This document shows, piece after piece, positions 61,671 through 64,000 of a DNA stretch of 64,000 bases (positions are counted from its first letter, which is position 1; each line of letters starts with the position of its first letter). The position numbers and the translations under genes are program-made. The notes below the pieces were generated by a model, which had not been told where the DNA came from, did no database searches, and saw only the letters and a program-made list of their open reading frames with translations. Location of the stretch: assembly GCA_043228905.1 (NCBI GenBank), contig JBHGNT010000018.1, forward strand, positions 12,896,001-12,960,000, written 5' to 3'. This DNA comes from Azolla caroliniana. Its lineage: Eukaryota > Plantae > Polypodiophyta.

Positions 61671-61771
61671 TGGGAAAGAGGGATCAACAAAGAGAAATAT
61701 ATGTCCCATTTTTTCCCTCTAGTTTTTTTTCTTTTTCTTCGTCTTCTCTCTCTCATTCCTTGGGGGTAAGA

Positions 61772-61895
61772 AATCTCTCTCATATTGATATCGGACCACT
61801 CCTTACATGGTTGTTGGCTCCTTCCTTTCAAGAATAATCTCTCTTATTCATATCGGACCACTCCTTACATGGGTGTTGGCTCCTTTCTTTAAAAG
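61772..61895. repeat. ~62-bp tandem duplication in LTR K
   Basis: ATATCGGACCACTCCTTACATGG.TGTTGGCTCCTT occurs twice. Confidence 0.88.
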
Positions 61896-64000
61896 ATTTA
61901 TCTCTCATTTTCATCTCCAACCCGTTGTAACAAGATTCTTGAATATAAAAGAATCTATTTTCTTATGCAAAAAACTAACGTTTTCTCTCATCTACTCGTC
62001 TTATATGTGAATTTTTCTTGTGTTGTACGTGTTTCCCTAAATCCTTCTAGTCTAGAACCCTGGCGGTTCCGCCTTGCGATCCGCACATAGTGACGGATTT
62101 TCATGACATAATCAAGTGGTGAACCCGACGTGAAAGAGGCGGTAGGGAGGATATCAAGTGCAACGATGGCTTCCACAAGAGGAACTCAAGGAGAGGAATT
62201 AACAAAAGGCATGGTGTTTTGTAGTGGAATACATGCTGAAGGTGAGAGATCGAGAAGCTTTAATTGATAAAGCTGTTGATTGTACGGTCGAGATAGCTGG
62301 ACGATTTGGTGGCAAGAACATCACGGATTTTCTTGCTACCTATCGGAACTAGATGCAACAAAGGGATGTCAATGATCTCAAACAAATTTCTAGCTTCAAA
62401 CGTGTGGTGGAACCAAGGATCCACAAGCGCGTCATGGAGATCCAAAACGAGCAAGCAACTTGGACGGAGTTCGAAAAGGCGCTTCTCACTGAATACATGC
62501 TTGAAGATGCATCATGGATGACTCGACATACGCTAATGTCTTGGATCGAGAAGCAAGGGAAGAATATGTGTGTGTCTGGAGTATATGCCGAGTTCGACCA
62601 GAAGTATAACCAACCTCCAAGTGTTGATCAACGAGTTCTCGATGGATATAAAGTCTTACTATTCCTAAAGGCAGTGGATGCAAAAGATCGACGTGAATTG
62701 GGTAACTTTTTGGAGGATGAAACACAACCAAATGGCTTGGTAGCGGACTGGGCGGCGATGAAGAAGGCTTGTAGCCGTCTTGATAAGCGTCGACAATGGC
62801 AAGAGGAAACTGATATGGAGAATCCACAATCGTGGAGGAGGAAGGCACCTGTGACGATCGAGTCTAATAAGTCGATCAACAATTTCGACAAGAAAGAAAT
62901 GGAGGAATCTATAATTGAAGAGCTCTCCAAGAAGTTTGAAGTGGTATCGCTAGCCAACTTAGGTCGACGCGGGCCGAAGGGAAAAGAAGTGTATAGATGT
63001 GTGTGGTGTGACAGCCTCGAGCACTCGCGAAGAGAGTGCACTGACTTGCAAGACGCAATTCACAAGAATGTCGTCTATTTGGACAACAACATGATCCACT
63101 CGAGCGAGACCCGAAAGTCACTACGAGTGAACTTCGGAAGAGGTGGGCTGAAAAAGATCGTGGAAGAGGAAGATGCAAGGCATGTGGAAGCCATGGACTA
63201 TGCCGCATCGGCGGGAATACGAATCGGAAGAGAGAATCTAAAGACAATCAAGCTGGGAGCTGGGTTTTGGCCAATGGTAATCGAGTGCGAAAAGAAAGGA
63301 AAAATAGATTTGGAGGATCTAAAACATGTTGATCAGAATGTGCGACGAGTTACCGGATGGTCGGATCTAGTCGACGATAACACAAGCTTTGCGGAGGTTG
63401 TGTGTGACAACTATGAAGCTCTTGTTCAAGAGAAGAGGAAAAGAACCGGTGAAGAAGATGGCAGATCAAAGCGTCACCATACTAGGAATGCAGGGAAAGA
63501 AGAACAAGCCCAACCGACGCCATGAAAAGAGATAGGAGAAACAAGCATGAAGCCCGGTGGATCGAGCCAACCTTGTCAAAGGGAAGTCGATGAATTTGTG
63601 AAGAAAGGAAAAGAACGAGCGGCACCGACTTACAAGCTAAGGTCGGATATAGAACAAACAACCGACTTGCGGAAGGTTCTTGAGGAGAAGATTTTAGACA
63701 GTCATGTCGACCTTACTTTGAGAGAGCTACTTGGGATCGCTAAGAAGGAGTACCACGATACTATCGTCAACTTGATTGAGCGGAAGCGGCAACAATCGGA
63801 TGAAGAAGAGGTGAAAACAAGTGCCATAACCATGGCAAGATTAGAAGAGGAGGAGGAAGAAGAAGTGATGGCGGACAACCATTACTCTCGGCCTCATTGG
63901 GCAAGAGCGACAACGGGGACACCGGTGAAGATCGGAGAGAAGAAAGAGACCGTGGTAGCCTTGATTGACCATGGTTCGGAGATAAACCTCATGTCGAACG

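Larger units (their letters stand above)
60689..64000 (+). mobile_element. Ty3/gypsy element K (related to A and C), 5' LTR plus gag-PR; runs off the window
   Basis: LTR 60689-62108; PBS 62117-62134 after an 8-nt spacer; gag ORF 62353-63525 (CVWCDSLEHSRREC), interrupted by stops; IDHGSEINLM at the window end. Confidence 0.92.

Overview
This 64 kb window is eukaryotic, almost certainly plant heterochromatin. The element types suggest a non-seed plant such as a bryophyte or fern, which is an inference. It consists essentially entirely of nested LTR retrotransposons, with no intact host gene. I resolve about 14 elements. Eight are tRNA-Trp-family, non-chromoviral Ty3/gypsy elements with 4-bp TSDs (Phygy-like; called A, B, C, D, I, J, K, M). 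One is a Tcn1/Tf1-like self-priming Ty3 element (T). Four are Ty1/copia elements (E, F, G, N), plus a short copia fragment inside an LTR. One is a non-coding LTR element (L). Nesting inferred from TSDs and interrupted reading frames: D contains A and E, and E contains B and C; N contains F and G; G contains T, M and J; J contains I, L and K. M (42181-49348) is very young, with LTRs identical by eye and a single nonsense codon. The most notable signals are: (1) an antisense tRNA-like A-box/B-box module in the U3 of several different LTR families, followed by a CATGCA (RY) cluster and the TATA box; (2) 4-bp TSDs centred on CpG at essentially every Phygy-like insertion; (3) a conserved GGATTTT -1 frameshift with a covarying pseudoknot placed after the protease; (4) a captured callose synthase fragment inside a gypsy gag; (5) a non-coding element with PBS-like sites at both inner ends and no clear PPT; (6) a gag-only element with an intact 540-aa ORF. 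All calls were made by eye from the sequence and ORF track; family names need database confirmation.
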